From Acidobacteriota bacterium (GTDB lineage Bacteria > Acidobacteriota > UBA890 > WLXD01): 64,000 nt of DNA. Of the stretch, positions 1 to 10,604 are shown piece by piece; the first letter of the stretch is position 1, and the number at the start of each line of letters is the position of its first letter. A program made the position numbers and the translations under genes. The stretch spans positions 2,080,001 to 2,144,000 of the forward strand of contig CBDBHB010000009.1 of NCBI GenBank assembly GCA_965205505.1, read 5' to 3'. The notes under the pieces were generated by a model. The model did not search any database, was not told where the DNA came from, and saw only the letters and a list, made by a program, of their open reading frames with translations.

Positions 1-1113
1 TTTCTCCGGGAAGAACAGCGGGAATCGCGTCAGGTTGACCTGAACGTCGTCGGCCTCGACCTGCGCGAAGTCGGTGTTGAGCGTCGCGTCGACGGTCAGG
101 TTCGGTGTGGCGATCCACTTGATATCGACGCCCGCATCCGCGGAAGAGTCGGTGAAGTGCGATGAGAACGGGCTCGTTATCGGTCCGTTGGCGATCTGTC
201 CGACATCGCCGAGCGCGAACGGCTTGACCTGGAGGTTCCGCGGCCGGTCAACCGCCTGCATGCCGACCAACATCCCCGACATCGACAGCCGTGTGGCATC
301 GTATTGCCGTGGCACCGGCGCCCAGAAAGCCTGCTCCGAGTTGCGCTTGAGCGTGCGCCGGAAGTTGATGCCCCACGCCCGCATGTTGTCGCGATCGAAG
401 CGCAGCACCCAAAACGGGATGGCGAGCTCGACCGACCAGCCCTCGTCGTCGCGATGTCCAGCCGCCGACCAGACCGCATCCCAGTCTCTGTTGAAGGTGG
501 CGCTGACCCCCCCCCAAAGTGCGGTGCCGCCCTCGCCGATGATCTGCGCATCGAACCGCGCGCCCAACGCGTTGGTCTCAAAGAAGTAGCCGTTGCGATG
601 GTCGTGGTAGGTATCGAGGGTTACCGCGAACGCGTCGTTGTCTCTGTGGTCCTCATCGCGCCGCAGCACCGAGGCGACCACGTCGCGCGGCGACGAGTCC
701 CACAATCGAGCGCCGATGTAGATCGCCTCGTCGTCGTACAGCACACGAACTTCCATGCGCTCGCTCGCATCCGCGCCTTCGTCCGGCTGAGCCTGGACGA
801 AGCGCGCCAGCGGCTCGGCTTCATCCCACGCCGTGTCATCGAGCAGGCCGTCGACGTCCGGCGGTACGGATGCCCGCACCGCGACGACCTGATACAGACG
901 GTCCGCCTCGGTGACCGCGAGGTCGTTCCACTCGTCGCTCCCCGCGGGCGCGACCCGAGAGCTGTTGCCGGCCCCGTCCGTCTGCGCCGGCGGCTTGGAC
1001 TGAGCCTCCGACGCGGCGGGTACGATCAGCGCGGCGGCCAACCAGGCGATGACGAGGCGCCTGGCGGGCGCGTGCCGAGGGACTGTTTCAGGTGTGCAGA
1101 ACACGGTGGCCAC
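1..1113 (-). CDS. DUF5916 / CBM9-like domain exported protein (C-terminus runs off the window)
   Basis: Manual translation (absent from ORF track because there is no stop in the window): signal-like N-terminus, then PPDVDGLLDDTAW, VRVLYDDEAIYIG, WSVELAIPF, WGINFRR, LTVDATLNTDFAQVEAD, NLTRFPLFFPEK. GTG start approximate. Confidence 0.85.
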   Translation of the reverse strand, partial: MATVFCTPETVPRHAPARRLVIAWLAAALIVPAASEAQSKPPAQTDGAGNSSRVAPAGSDEWNDLAVTEADRLYQVVAVRASVPPDVDGLLDDTAWDEAEPLARFVQAQPDEGADASERMEVRVLYDDEAIYIGARLWDSSPRDVVASVLRRDEDHRDNDAFAVTLDTYHDHRNGYFFETNALGARFDAQIIGEGGTALWGGVSATFNRDWDAVWSAAGHRDDEGWSVELAIPFWVLRFDRDNMRAWGINFRRTLKRNSEQAFWAPVPRQYDATRLSMSGMLVGMQAVDRPRNLQVKPFALGDVGQIANGPITSPFSSHFTDSSADAGVDIKWIATPNLTVDATLNTDFAQVEADDVQVNLTRFPLFFPEK

Positions 1114-1187
1114 TGGCGAGATGATCCGAGAGGGTGCCTAACGCTACCGTATCGCGGCATGCTGCACAGCATGTCGCGGCGTCGCGA

Positions 1188-1850
1188 TCAACCCGCCGAA
1201 CCGCACGGCTTATGGAACTTGAGCAACATGCGGTCGGTCATGAAGCGCGGCTTGCCCGCCTGCATGAACACCGCGTAGTCGCGCTCGGGCGACATGTAGG
1301 GCACCGTGCCGACTGCTACTCCCTCGCCGGTGAGGGCGCGTGTCGGCATCTGCGTGGCCTGGTGAGCATCGTCAGGGGCCAGGAGCTTGGCGAGTCCGAA
1401 GTCGAGCACCTTGACCCGACCATCGCTGCTGAGCATGACGTTGGCCGGCTTCAGATCGCGATGCGTGATGCCGCGATCGTGCGCTGCCACCAACGCTTCA
1501 GCTAGAGCCTCGGCGATCGGAAAGAACTCGGTGAGGGGCACACCTTCGTCGGGAATCGCATCGTCCAGCGAGCGCCCCTCGATCAACTCCATCGTCAACA
1601 AGCGACGCTCGTCCACCTGCTCGATGGAGTAAATCGTAACGATGTTCGGATGGTTGATGCCGGCGACAGCTTTGGCCTCTACATCGAAGCGGGCTAGCCG
1701 GGCAGGAGCGGTGGCGAAGTTCTCGGGGAGCACCTTGATGGCGACATCGCGATCAAGGTTGGTATCGCGTGCCCGGTACACCTGCCCCATCCCGCCTTCA
1801 CCGAGCGGGGACAGGATCTCGTAGTGGCCGAGTCGAGTGCCGGGCTCCAT
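1188..1850 (-). pseudogene. Truncated Ser/Thr protein kinase fused to an unrelated C-terminal tail
   Basis: GEGGMG, VAIK, HRDLKPAN, DFGLAK, GTVPYMSPE present; kinase homology stops at ~1283, so subdomains IX-XI are missing. Confidence 0.85.
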
Positions 1851-1883
1851 GGCGCTCTCACGGCGGGGTGGGCGAGCGCCTGA

Positions 1884-1912
1884 AGCCTATCGCCGGAGCG
1901 TGCGAGATCCAA
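1884..1912 (-). promoter_or_regulatory. sigma70-like promoter of kinase copy 1
   Basis: TTGGAT-N17-TAGGCT on the minus strand; the same arrangement precedes the other two kinase starts. Confidence 0.55.
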
Positions 1913-1938
1913 CGGAAGTCGCTCGCCCGCGCCTGTGT

Positions 1939-2592
1939 TCAGGGTTCCGGCATCGTTTCGTTGGCGTCCTCCAAGAACGCCGTACCGATGTTACGACTAG
2001 CGCCCTTTACCGGCGGTAATCGGCGTACAGGCCGACGCCGCTCGGGGAAGGTCTCGCGGCGGATCACGTTGCCCTTGACGCTCACGCGTGCTTGTAGAGG
2101 CGCAGCCGCGCACGTCACGCGAGCGTACGCGGTTCGAGATCGGTAGGTTCGCTGACGACACGCATTTGCGCAGTACAGAGCATCAGACCGCGACGCAGAG
2201 AACGCCCGACCGCATTGTCGGCACACAGGTGTCTCGCGCCGACGTTGCTGTGCTCGGACCCGGCTTCGCGCGAGCAGCCGACATCGTTCAGAGCAGGTCG
2301 TGTACTGACGGTTTGCACGCGGAGATCGATTCACCACCGGTCGTCGGCAACCCACGCAAGGCACGGGCTTCAAGTGATAGTCGTCGTCCGAGCCCCGGCA
2401 TCGCTTACATACCGGCGTGATCCACAACACGGGCCGTCTCAGAACGCTGACGCCGAGGCGAACGGGCCGTCTCCACACAGGATCCATCGTACTTAGCGCC
2501 TCACCGCACGCTCCGCATTCCTTGGCGCTGAGTGCAGCTCGGGCGGCGCGGGCACGAACTTCCTGGATGGAGCCGTGATCGAAGTCGCTCAT
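1939..2592 (-). CDS. Phage-type multi-CxxC zinc-ribbon protein (3' end possibly chimeric)
   Basis: CGAC, CKRC, CVGC, CSERC, CRQC and YCANACRQRTYR motifs; downstream of terminase genes. Confidence 0.6.
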   Translation of the reverse strand: MSDFDHGSIQEVRARAARAALSAKECGACGEALSTMDPVWRRPVRLGVSVLRRPVLWITPVCKRCRGSDDDYHLKPVPCVGCRRPVVNRSPRANRQYTTCSERCRLLARSRVRAQQRRRETPVCRQCGRAFSASRSDALYCANACRQRTYRSRTAYARVTCAAAPLQARVSVKGNVIRRETFPERRRPVRRLPPVKGASRNIGTAFLEDANETMPEP

Positions 2593-2620
2593 GGCTTCGG
2601 GTCCACGCCCGCAAAGTGAC

Positions 2621-2797
2621 TCACGAGCCGTCGGACCACCACCAGCCGACCTCACGGATGCGTCGCAATACTTCGAGCTGGGCGCGTTTGCGCGCGGCCT
2701 CGTCATCTCGTTCGTGTTGCCCGTCGTCCGCCGAGCGCTTCTCCTCGGGATCATCCGATAGCGGTCGTTCCGGCCTCGCCCGTCGCCGATCAGTCAT
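2621..2797 (-). CDS. Small hypothetical phage protein (58 aa)
   Basis: ATG overlaps the terL stop (ATGA); MTDRRRARP...GWWWSDGS. Confidence 0.45.
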   Translation of the reverse strand: MTDRRRARPERPLSDDPEEKRSADDGQHERDDEAARKRAQLEVLRRIREVGWWWSDGS

Positions 2798-4162
2798 GTC
2801 AGGTTCAGCTCCTGGTTGAGTCGCGCGATCTCGGCATCCAACTCCGCGATCTCGCCCGAGGACCCGGTGAACAGCAGTTCGAACGGCACGTAGCTCGCCC
2901 TGGCGGCGAGCACCTGCACGACGCCGGCCGCCGCGTTCGAGTAGTCGTCGTGCTCCCCTGCTTGGTGGTCGATCTTGCCGCCTCGCCACATGAGGCCGAG
3001 CTGCTGCTGCTGCTCTAACTTCGGCGCGTCGAGCAGGACCACCTCGTGAGCGTCCAGGCGCGGTTCGAGCGCTTCGTATAGCTGGTGTGCTGTCCACTTG
3101 GAAACGTCGTAGCTGATCTCGTGACCCTCGAAGTCCGCCTTGAACGTGTTGCCCTCGCAGGAGTCCCCCGTGACTCTCGCCACTCGATACTCGCGAAGCA
3201 CTGGCACGAAGCGCGCGCTGGCGGCGCGCGGGATCGAATGGCGGCGCGGTGCCCTGGTCGACGAGGCGATCCAGCACGATTCGCCCGTCCTCGTCCTCGT
3301 GGCCGATTGCCAGGACGGCGTCATCCGACGAGCCGCCCGACATGTCGACGAAGGCACGGTAGACGATCCCCTCCTCGGGCTTGCGGTACCTCGTTCCACG
3401 CGCCCACGGCATCCATGACGGGCTCAGGCTGGAACGCCGAACCCATCGGTAGCCCCGGCAGGTTCAGATGCAGCCTGCGGTACTTGTGAGCGGGGAGGCG
3501 GCGTTGCTGCTGGGCTAGGTAGTCGGGGTTCGCCCAGCTGTTCTTGCTCGGATTCGCGCGCTCCTCCGGTGTCGCGTCCTCAAGGTCGGGGTCGGTGGAA
3601 GATCGAGGCGTAGGACGTGACCCACTGCTGCGCGGCGATCCGGTGTGGATCGGGCTGTATCGCCTCGAAGACATCCCAGTTCCGGTAACTGTGGATCTCG
3701 TCGTAGCCGACGAACCGATAGCTCACGCCGTGCATGCCCACAACGTCGCCGGCCAGCAGCACCTCCAGGACGCCATGGCCATCCTTGCGCTCGATGACGT
3801 CGCGCTTGATCTCCAGCCAGTCCGCCCAGCGCCGGGCTCGCCGCGATCAGTTTCTTCGCGAGCGCCAGGTCGTTACGCGCCTGGTCTTTATCATTTGCGA
3901 GCAGGTAACACTCCGAGTCGTGGCCGGCGGGCGGCTCAGTCACCAGGCAGAACAAGCTCGCCAGCGCCAAGTCTGCCGACTTCCAATTTTTCTTCGCCCG
4001 ACCCGAGAGGATCAGGTTGTAACGGGGTCGACCATCTTTCTCGAACGTGTCCAGGAACGCGGAGAAGATCCGCGATCGGTAGGGTTCGACGCGCCCCGAC
4101 ATGGGCGAGCCGTCCAGCCACCGCAGGCGGCGCAGGAACGCGGGCCAACGCAGCTTAGCCAT
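2794..4162 (-). pseudogene. Phage terminase large subunit, several frameshifts
   Basis: Walker-A-like GRAKKNWKS, YDEIH Walker B, ANPS, nuclease motif FVDMSGGSSDD and C-terminal HDDYSNA are spread over different frames. Confidence 0.75.
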
Positions 4163-4715
4163 CTGCCGCCTCCGGCGCAGCGGCGAGCTCCTCGGTGAGG
4201 CTTATCTCCCGCAGCTTGCGCCGGAGCCCCAACATCTTTGCCACCCGGCCGCAGCGATCGACCGTAGAGCCGTGGTCGCTCAGCGCTGCCCTGCCGCGCT
4301 TCGTGTCGGTACCCTGCCGGAGTGCGTAGTCCAGTAGCAGCAGCCGCGCCGCCTCCAGGTCCGCCAAGTTATCGATCAGGCCGAGCTGTACCCGACTCAG
4401 CTCGGCTTCGCCGCCGAGGTCTTCGGTCACCTCGCGCCGGAAGGCGATCAGGTACGAGCGCAGGTCATCAGGCAAGACACCGACATCTACGTACCGCCGC
4501 AGCCCGTGCGTCATGGCCGCAACGTTGCCGCGAACCCATGCCCTACACCGGGGACACTGTCCTTTGCCCAAGGGCGCGCCGATATGGCCACATGCCGAGC
4601 ACTCGACAGTCCCCGAACTCGGTTCCGTCGTCGGGCCGTGAGTGCCAGACGGACCAGACGCGGCTACACTTTGGCTACGCGGCGCGTCGGCTACAGATGT
4701 ATCTCGCTTATTCAT
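4155..4715 (-). CDS. Putative terminase small subunit-like protein
   Basis: Overlaps terL start; GNVAAMTHG motif and C-terminal MLGLRRK; CxxC pairs. Confidence 0.5.
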   Translation of the reverse strand: MNKRDTSVADAPRSQSVAASGPSGTHGPTTEPSSGTVECSACGHIGAPLGKGQCPRCRAWVRGNVAAMTHGLRRYVDVGVLPDDLRSYLIAFRREVTEDLGGEAELSRVQLGLIDNLADLEAARLLLLDYALRQGTDTKRGRAALSDHGSTVDRCGRVAKMLGLRRKLREISLTEELAAAPEAADG

Positions 4716-4830
4716 CGGTACTTGGCCTGTACGATGTTCAACACGATCGGCGCACGCCGTTGACGACAGCCAGCGTTAGGCCGTCGATCACCCGGCGGCC
4801 GGGGCGCTGGGGCGACTCCTGGACCGTCTG

Positions 4831-4902
4831 CTAGATCGTTTGAGCGCAGATCAGCCCGTTGTGGCCGGCGCCGATGACGATCGCGTCATACCGGGTTGGC
4901 AC
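4831..4902 (-). pseudogene. N-terminal stub of an FAD-dependent oxidoreductase (phytoene dehydrogenase-like)
   Basis: (M)PTRYDAIVIGAGHNGLICA then stop after 23 codons; directly follows soxG. Confidence 0.75.
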
Positions 4903-4911
4903 GGGATGTGG

Positions 4912-5589
4912 TCAGCCGCTCGAGGGTTCGACGACCAGCACGCCGTATTCCCGGGCCGCGTCCTTGAGCCAGCGCGCAAGATAGTCGGCGAAGGAGCGCC
5001 GCACGATGATATCGAAGGAGGGCGATTCATCCAGCTGCCCCACGATCACCATCGCCTTGGCGAGATGGGTCTGGGCGCAGCGGCCAGCGCCGAAAGCGCG
5101 CGGATGAAAATCCACGGGGCTACCCTTGCTCAGCACATCGCGGGCGCGATGACCCCGGACGTTAATGATCGTCTGGCCCCCGCTCACGTCGGTGACGGCG
5201 GCGAACGTGCCGACGCAGGCGTCCTCGAGGTCTTGGGCGATGCCGGCTTTCTGCTCCGGCGGTGTCAGGAGCAGCCACTCATCCGGTCCGAGCCAGAGAA
5301 CCGTCGCCTCGGGGTCTGCCGCCACGCTGTTCGGCTCCAACGGCAGGCCGATCCCGAGCACCTCCCGCACCGCCCCTTGGAAGGCCTCGTCGGTTGGATC
5401 CCCCCGCAGGTTGAGATGGCCGAGGAAGGGGCGCTCGCGCAGCTGCACGCCCCCTTCGGTGGGGGTTGCTGCGGAACCTGAGTTCACCGGTGCGCAAGCT
5501 CCGACCTGGTCTCGGCCGACCTCGGCGGCGTTGAACTCGTGCAGGGGCGTTTCTCGACGAATCGTCCCGAACATCCCGTCCTCAGGCAT
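4912..5589 (-). CDS. soxG: Sarcosine oxidase subunit gamma
   Basis: LNLRG, LWLGPDEWLL, CAQT, VRRSFADYL; last gene of the B-D-A-G order. Confidence 0.9.
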   Translation of the reverse strand: MPEDGMFGTIRRETPLHEFNAAEVGRDQVGACAPVNSGSAATPTEGGVQLRERPFLGHLNLRGDPTDEAFQGAVREVLGIGLPLEPNSVAADPEATVLWLGPDEWLLLTPPEQKAGIAQDLEDACVGTFAAVTDVSGGQTIINVRGHRARDVLSKGSPVDFHPRAFGAGRCAQTHLAKAMVIVGQLDESPSFDIIVRRSFADYLARWLKDAAREYGVLVVEPSSG

Positions 5590-5750
5590 GTCGCCGGGCT
5601 CCCCGCGGATCGTAAGAGATCACCTCAGACATTGTGTCGGGCCCACTCCCAATCTCCAGGGTCCGCCTCAGACATCCTGTTGGGCTGCCTCCGATCGTTG
5701 AAGACCGCTTCACACATTCTGGCGGGCTCCCTGCGGATCGTAAAAGACCG
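5580..5750 (-). repeat. Four degenerate 42-43 bp tandem copies of the soxA-stop/soxG-start junction
   Basis: Units 5580-5622, 5623-5665, 5666-5707 and 5708-5750, each ending ATGnnTGA(G/A)G on the minus strand. Confidence 0.75.
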
Positions 5751-8718
5751 GGCTTGCGATCTCCGCCCCGACGGTTCCGCCATCCAATAGCGGCACGTGG
5801 ACCCTCTCGCCCATGCGGGCTCGCCCGCCCACGATGAGCGCCAGGGCGATCGAGCGGCCGAGACAGGCGCTGAAATAACTCGACGAAACGTGGCCGATCA
5901 TCGGGGTCGGAATCGAAGCCGATGCAGTCTCGACGATCTGTCCACCCTCCGGCAACACCTCGGCGGGCTCGTCGGTCAGAAGGCCGACCAGCTGTTTGCG
6001 GTCCTCGCGAACGGAATCCGGGCGCGAGAGCGAGCGTCTGCCCAGGAAGTCCTTGTGCGTCGAGACGAACCGCTCCATGCCGAGGTCTATGGGGTTGACG
6101 GAACCATCCGTGTCGTGCCCCACGACGATGTAGCCCTTTTCGGCGCGCAGGATGTGCAGGGCCTCGGTGCCGTACGGCGTTATGTCATGCTGTCGTCCGG
6201 CTTCCAGGAGCGTGTCCCAGACGGTCCGTGCGTAGTTGGCCGAGACGTTGACCTCGTACGTGAGCTCACCGCTGAAGCTGATGCGACAGACCCGCGCCGG
6301 CACGCCCGCCACCGTGCCGTCCCGAACCGCCATGAAGGGAAAGGCCGCGCGCGAAAAATCGATATCATCGCACAGCTTGGCGATCACGCTGCGGCTATGC
6401 GGTCCCACGACCGCGATGTTGGCCCAGTGGTCCGTCACCGAGGTCAGATAGACCTTCAGCTCCGGCCATTCCGTCTGCAGCCAACGCTCCAGCCAGGCCA
6501 CTACCGACGACGCCCCGCCGGTCGTCGTGTGCATCAGGTAATGGTCCTCGGCGAGCCGAGCCGTGACGCCATCGTCCATGACCATGCCGTCCTCGCCCAG
6601 CATGAGACCGTAGCGGCAGCGACCGACCGCCAGGTTGCTCCAATCGTTGGTGTACACCCGATTGAAGAGCTCGGCGGCGTCCGCACCCCGAACGTCGATC
6701 TTGCCAAGGGTGGACTGATCGACGAGGCACACGCCGTTGCGCGCCGCGAGGCACTCCCGATTCACCGCATCGTGCATCGACTCGCCGGGGCACGGGTAGT
6801 ACCAGGGTCGCTTCCACTGCCCGACGTCCTCAAACTCGGCGCCGGCCTCGACGTGCCACTGATAGAGCGCCGTTTTGCGTACCGGATCGAACAGGGGCCC
6901 CTGATCACGGCCCGCCAGTGCACCGAAGCTGATCGGGGTGTACGCCGGCCGGAACTTGGTGGTGCCAACGGAAGGGATGTCCACCCCCAGGGCTTGGGCC
7001 AGGATCCCCATGGCGTTGATGCTGGAGAGCTTGCCCTGATCCGTGCCCATCGCAAGCGTCGTGTATCGCTTGACGAGCTCGACCGAATCGAACCCCTCCC
7101 GCACGGCCAACACGATGTCCGCTGCGGAGACGTCCTCCTGCAAGTCGACGAACTGCTTGTGCTCGCGGGCGATCGGAAGGCGCGATGGCACCAGCCACAT
7201 GGGTATCGGTTGCTCTTCCACTTCGTCGGCGGTGGCGGGGACCTTCGCCTCGGGGCCGCGGGCAAAACCAGCGGCCTCGGCCGCCGCGGCGCCCGCGGCA
7301 AAACCCTCCCTCAGGCACCCACGCAGTGTGAAGGTGCCATTACAGGCGCCGGCCGAGCGTTCGGCCTGGACCGACTCGCCCGGCACGAAACAGGCCTTCT
7401 CCTCATGCCAGCGCGCCCTGCCGCCCGATTGGGAGTGCAGGTGAACCGTTGGAGTCCAGCCACCGGAAACCGCAACCAGATCGCAGCGTATCTTTCGGGC
7501 GTCTCCTTCCACCTCGTCCGCCGTCGCATTCAGGCGCATGATGTCGACGCCCCTGACGCGTTTCTTGCCTTGCACATCGACGATGGCGTGACCACCGATC
7601 ACCTCGATGCCCCGCCGCCTCGTCCGGGCCGGTAGATCACCATCCGGTTGCAGCCGAACGTCGATGACCGCGGCCACCGGAATGTCGGCGCGGGCGAGAT
7701 CCAACGCCGTCCGATAGGCGCCGTCGTTGTTGGTGAAGACGACGGCCCGCGAGCCCGGCGCGACGGCATACCGGTTCACGTAGGTCGATGCCGCCGACGC
7801 CAGCATGTTTCCTGGCCGGTCGTTGTTGGGGAAGACGAGAGGGCGCTCGATCGCACCCGCGGCGAGGACGACCTGCTTGGCGCGCACCCGCCAGAGCCTT
7901 TCACGCGGCCGAGTCGGGTCGCCATCCACGAGGCCGTCGCTCGACCGCTCGAGGATCGCCACGAAGCCCTCGTCGTAGAACCCGAAGGCCGTGCTGCGCG
8001 GCAGTAGGCGAACCTCCGCCATCCCGCGCAACCTTCCCATCACCGCCGTCGCCCATTCCATAGCAGGGACGCCATCGATGAGCTGGCGACCGCTCAGCAG
8101 GCCGCCACCGAGCTCCGACTGCTCGTCGGCGAGGATGACCCGCGCGCCCGTACTACCGGCTGCCAGCGCTGCGGCGAGGCCGGCGGGGCCGGCGCCCACC
8201 ACCAGCACCTCACAATGAGCGTTGACCTTGTCGTAGCGATCGGGGTCCGGCTCCTGCGGCGAAAGCCCCAGGCCGGCCGTTCGTCGAATCAGGTGCTCGT
8301 ACGTCCTCCACATGCGTTTCGGTCGCATGAAGGTCTTGTAGTAGAAGCCGGCCGGCAAGAGGCGGGAGAAGAGGCCGATCACGGCATGGACGTCGTACTC
8401 GACGCTCGGCCAGCAGTTCACGCTGGCGGCACGGAGGCCTTCATGGAGTTCGACCTGTGTGGCGAGGTGGTTCGGAAGCGTGCTCGCGCCGCTGCCCAGC
8501 TGAACGACCGCGTTCGGCTCCTCGGCACCGCTTCCGACGATGCCGCGGGGACGATGGTATTTGAAGCTGCGACCGACGATGCTGACCCCGTTCGCCAGCA
8601 ACGCCGAGGCCAACGTGTCGCCTTCATACCCCCCATAGGCTCGACCGTTGAAGGTGAACGAGATGGGCCTCTCGCGATCGATGCGACCGTCCTGGGCCAG
8701 CCGACGCGGCTGGGTCAC
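5710..8718 (-). CDS. soxA: Sarcosine oxidase subunit alpha
   Basis: 1002 aa; GDTLASALLANG, GRSFKYHRPRG, GAGPAG, KRYTT, GcvT-like C-terminal half. Confidence 0.96.
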   Translation of the reverse strand: MTQPRRLAQDGRIDRERPISFTFNGRAYGGYEGDTLASALLANGVSIVGRSFKYHRPRGIVGSGAEEPNAVVQLGSGASTLPNHLATQVELHEGLRAASVNCWPSVEYDVHAVIGLFSRLLPAGFYYKTFMRPKRMWRTYEHLIRRTAGLGLSPQEPDPDRYDKVNAHCEVLVVGAGPAGLAAALAAGSTGARVILADEQSELGGGLLSGRQLIDGVPAMEWATAVMGRLRGMAEVRLLPRSTAFGFYDEGFVAILERSSDGLVDGDPTRPRERLWRVRAKQVVLAAGAIERPLVFPNNDRPGNMLASAASTYVNRYAVAPGSRAVVFTNNDGAYRTALDLARADIPVAAVIDVRLQPDGDLPARTRRRGIEVIGGHAIVDVQGKKRVRGVDIMRLNATADEVEGDARKIRCDLVAVSGGWTPTVHLHSQSGGRARWHEEKACFVPGESVQAERSAGACNGTFTLRGCLREGFAAGAAAAEAAGFARGPEAKVPATADEVEEQPIPMWLVPSRLPIAREHKQFVDLQEDVSAADIVLAVREGFDSVELVKRYTTLAMGTDQGKLSSINAMGILAQALGVDIPSVGTTKFRPAYTPISFGALAGRDQGPLFDPVRKTALYQWHVEAGAEFEDVGQWKRPWYYPCPGESMHDAVNRECLAARNGVCLVDQSTLGKIDVRGADAAELFNRVYTNDWSNLAVGRCRYGLMLGEDGMVMDDGVTARLAEDHYLMHTTTGGASSVVAWLERWLQTEWPELKVYLTSVTDHWANIAVVGPHSRSVIAKLCDDIDFSRAAFPFMAVRDGTVAGVPARVCRISFSGELTYEVNVSANYARTVWDTLLEAGRQHDITPYGTEALHILRAEKGYIVVGHDTDGSVNPIDLGMERFVSTHKDFLGRRSLSRPDSVREDRKQLVGLLTDEPAEVLPEGGQIVETASASIPTPMIGHVSSSYFSACLGRSIALALIVGGRARMGERVHVPLLDGGTVGAEIASPVFYDPQGARQNV

Positions 8719-8996
8719 CGATCGCCTCCAGGCGGGCTCTCACCGATCCTGTACACCGATAGGATCTCGTACGTCAGCGTGTCACGCTCGACGTTGAACC
8801 AGCGCCTGCATCCCGCCGCATGCAGCCATTGTTCCCGGTGTCGACCCAGTGAGTTGGTGCGCATGAAGAGGTAGTCCGCCCACTCCTCGCCGGAAAGCGC
8901 GTCCGGATCCTGGGGGCGCTCGATGTGCGCCTCACCTCCATAGGTGAACTCCGTCTCCTCCCGCGGCCCACACCATGGGCAATCGATGAGCAACAC
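8715..8996 (-). CDS. soxD: Sarcosine oxidase subunit delta
   Basis: MLLIDCPWCGPREETEF...EQWLHAAGCRRWFN zinc ligands. Confidence 0.95.
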   Translation of the reverse strand: MLLIDCPWCGPREETEFTYGGEAHIERPQDPDALSGEEWADYLFMRTNSLGRHREQWLHAAGCRRWFNVERDTLTYEILSVYRIGESPPGGDR

Positions 8997-9075
8997 ATCA
9001 GTGCTCCCGCTCGTAGCTACTAGGTCGCCTCACAAGACCCATGCGCGCCACCCCTCCTATTCCTCGTACAGGCCT

Positions 9076-10350
9076 CTAGTGGGCCACCGCGGCGGCACCA
9101 TGCTCATCGATCAGGTAGCCCGTCGCGAAGCGTTCCAGCGAGAACGGCTCGTTGAGGGGATGCGGTCGGTCGTGGGCGATCGTGTGGGCGAAGACCCAGC
9201 CGGACCCCGGCGTTGCCTTGAAGCCGCCGGTGCCCCAGCCGCAGTTGATGTACAGGCCCCGCACGGGCGTCGCGCCGATGATGGGGCTGGCGTCCGGGCA
9301 GATGTCGACGACGCCACCCCAATGGCGCAACATTCGCATGCGGCTAAAGATGGGGAACAGCTCGACGATCGCCGACATCGTGCTCTCGATGACGGAGAAG
9401 CTGCCGCGCAGGCCATAGCCCGTGTAAGGATCGATTCCCGCGCCGATCACCAGCTCACCCTTGTCCGTCTGCGACACGTAGGCGTGGACAGCGTTGGACA
9501 TCACCACCGTATCAAGCACCGGCTTGACGGGCTCGGAGACCAGCGCCTGCAGCGGGTGCCTTTCGATGGGCAGGCGAAACCCCGCCATCTCCGCGAGAAC
9601 GCTGGAGTGACCCGCCACGACCATCCCCACCTTCTGCGCCTTAATGAAACCGCGGACGGTATCGACGCCGAGCACCCGGCCGCCCTCGCGCCGGATCCCG
9701 GTTACCGCACAACGCTGAATGATGTCGACGCCGCGGCGATCGGCGGCGCGCGCGAAGCCCCAGGCGACCGCATCGTGGCGGGCGGTGCCCCCCCGCCGCT
9801 GCAGGGAAGCGCCGAGGATCGGATAGCGAGCCTCGGACGAGGTGTTGATGCACGGCACCATCTTCTTGATCTGCTCGACATCGAGCAGCTCGGCGTCGAT
9901 GCCATGGAGCCGATTGGCATGCACGCGACGCGAGAGCTCGCGCAGATGCCCCAGGCTATGCGCCAGGTTGAGGACCCCCCTCTGACTGAACATCACGTTG
10001 TAGTTCAACTCCTGGCTGAGGCCCTCCCATAGCTTCAACGACATCTCGTACAGATGGGCCGTCTCGTCCCACAGGTAGTTCGAACGGACGATGGTCGTGT
10101 TTCGACCGACGCTGCCGCCGCCCAGCCATCCCTTCTCGAGCACGGCGACGTTGGTGATCCGGTGTTCCTTGGCGAGATAGTAGGCGGTGGCCAGGCCGTG
10201 GCCCCCCGCCCCCACGATGACGACGTCGTATTCTGCCTTCGGCTCTGGGCTGCGCCAGACGCGTGGCCAATTCTCGTGGTGGCTAATGGCATTCCACGCC
10301 AAGCTGAAGAAGGAGTATTTCGTCATGAGGGCCGCTTCCCAGTTGTGCAA
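9076..10350 (-). CDS. soxB: Sarcosine oxidase subunit beta (start may be ATG 10326)
   Basis: [51 protein letters not shown]. Confidence 0.96.
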   Translation of the reverse strand: MHNWEAALMTKYSFFSLAWNAISHHENWPRVWRSPEPKAEYDVVIVGAGGHGLATAYYLAKEHRITNVAVLEKGWLGGGSVGRNTTIVRSNYLWDETAHLYEMSLKLWEGLSQELNYNVMFSQRGVLNLAHSLGHLRELSRRVHANRLHGIDAELLDVEQIKKMVPCINTSSEARYPILGASLQRRGGTARHDAVAWGFARAADRRGVDIIQRCAVTGIRREGGRVLGVDTVRGFIKAQKVGMVVAGHSSVLAEMAGFRLPIERHPLQALVSEPVKPVLDTVVMSNAVHAYVSQTDKGELVIGAGIDPYTGYGLRGSFSVIESTMSAIVELFPIFSRMRMLRHWGGVVDICPDASPIIGATPVRGLYINCGWGTGGFKATPGSGWVFAHTIAHDRPHPLNEPFSLERFATGYLIDEHGAAAVAH

Positions 10351-10604
10351 ACTACAACTTACCCAGGATTGTTGATATGCACTTCAAGTCGCATGCGTTT
10401 GAAATGTGGGGGTTTGAGGTGATTAGTAGCCCCAATTGAGCACTGTTTTGAACTCGACAGCGATTGGTGGCTGAGGGTGTCGAAGGCGGGGTGTTCCTGT
10501 ACCCGTTTTTCGTGTTAGGAACACCGATGACCTAGTCTTGTGATGTTGTCGTCTCGTTTGCCCGTCCAGCCAAGTTCGAGGGAGGCCACACTGTGAGGAG
10601 CCTG

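Noticed and set aside
507-515. C9 tract in the DUF5916 gene as a frameshift or phase-variation site
   Set aside because: The frame is intact through it (LWGGV); variation cannot be seen from one sequence.
304-7635. Long plus-strand ORFs (304-1278, 5797-7635) and similar ones elsewhere
   Set aside because: Antisense shadows of real genes in GC-rich DNA; no recognisable motifs.
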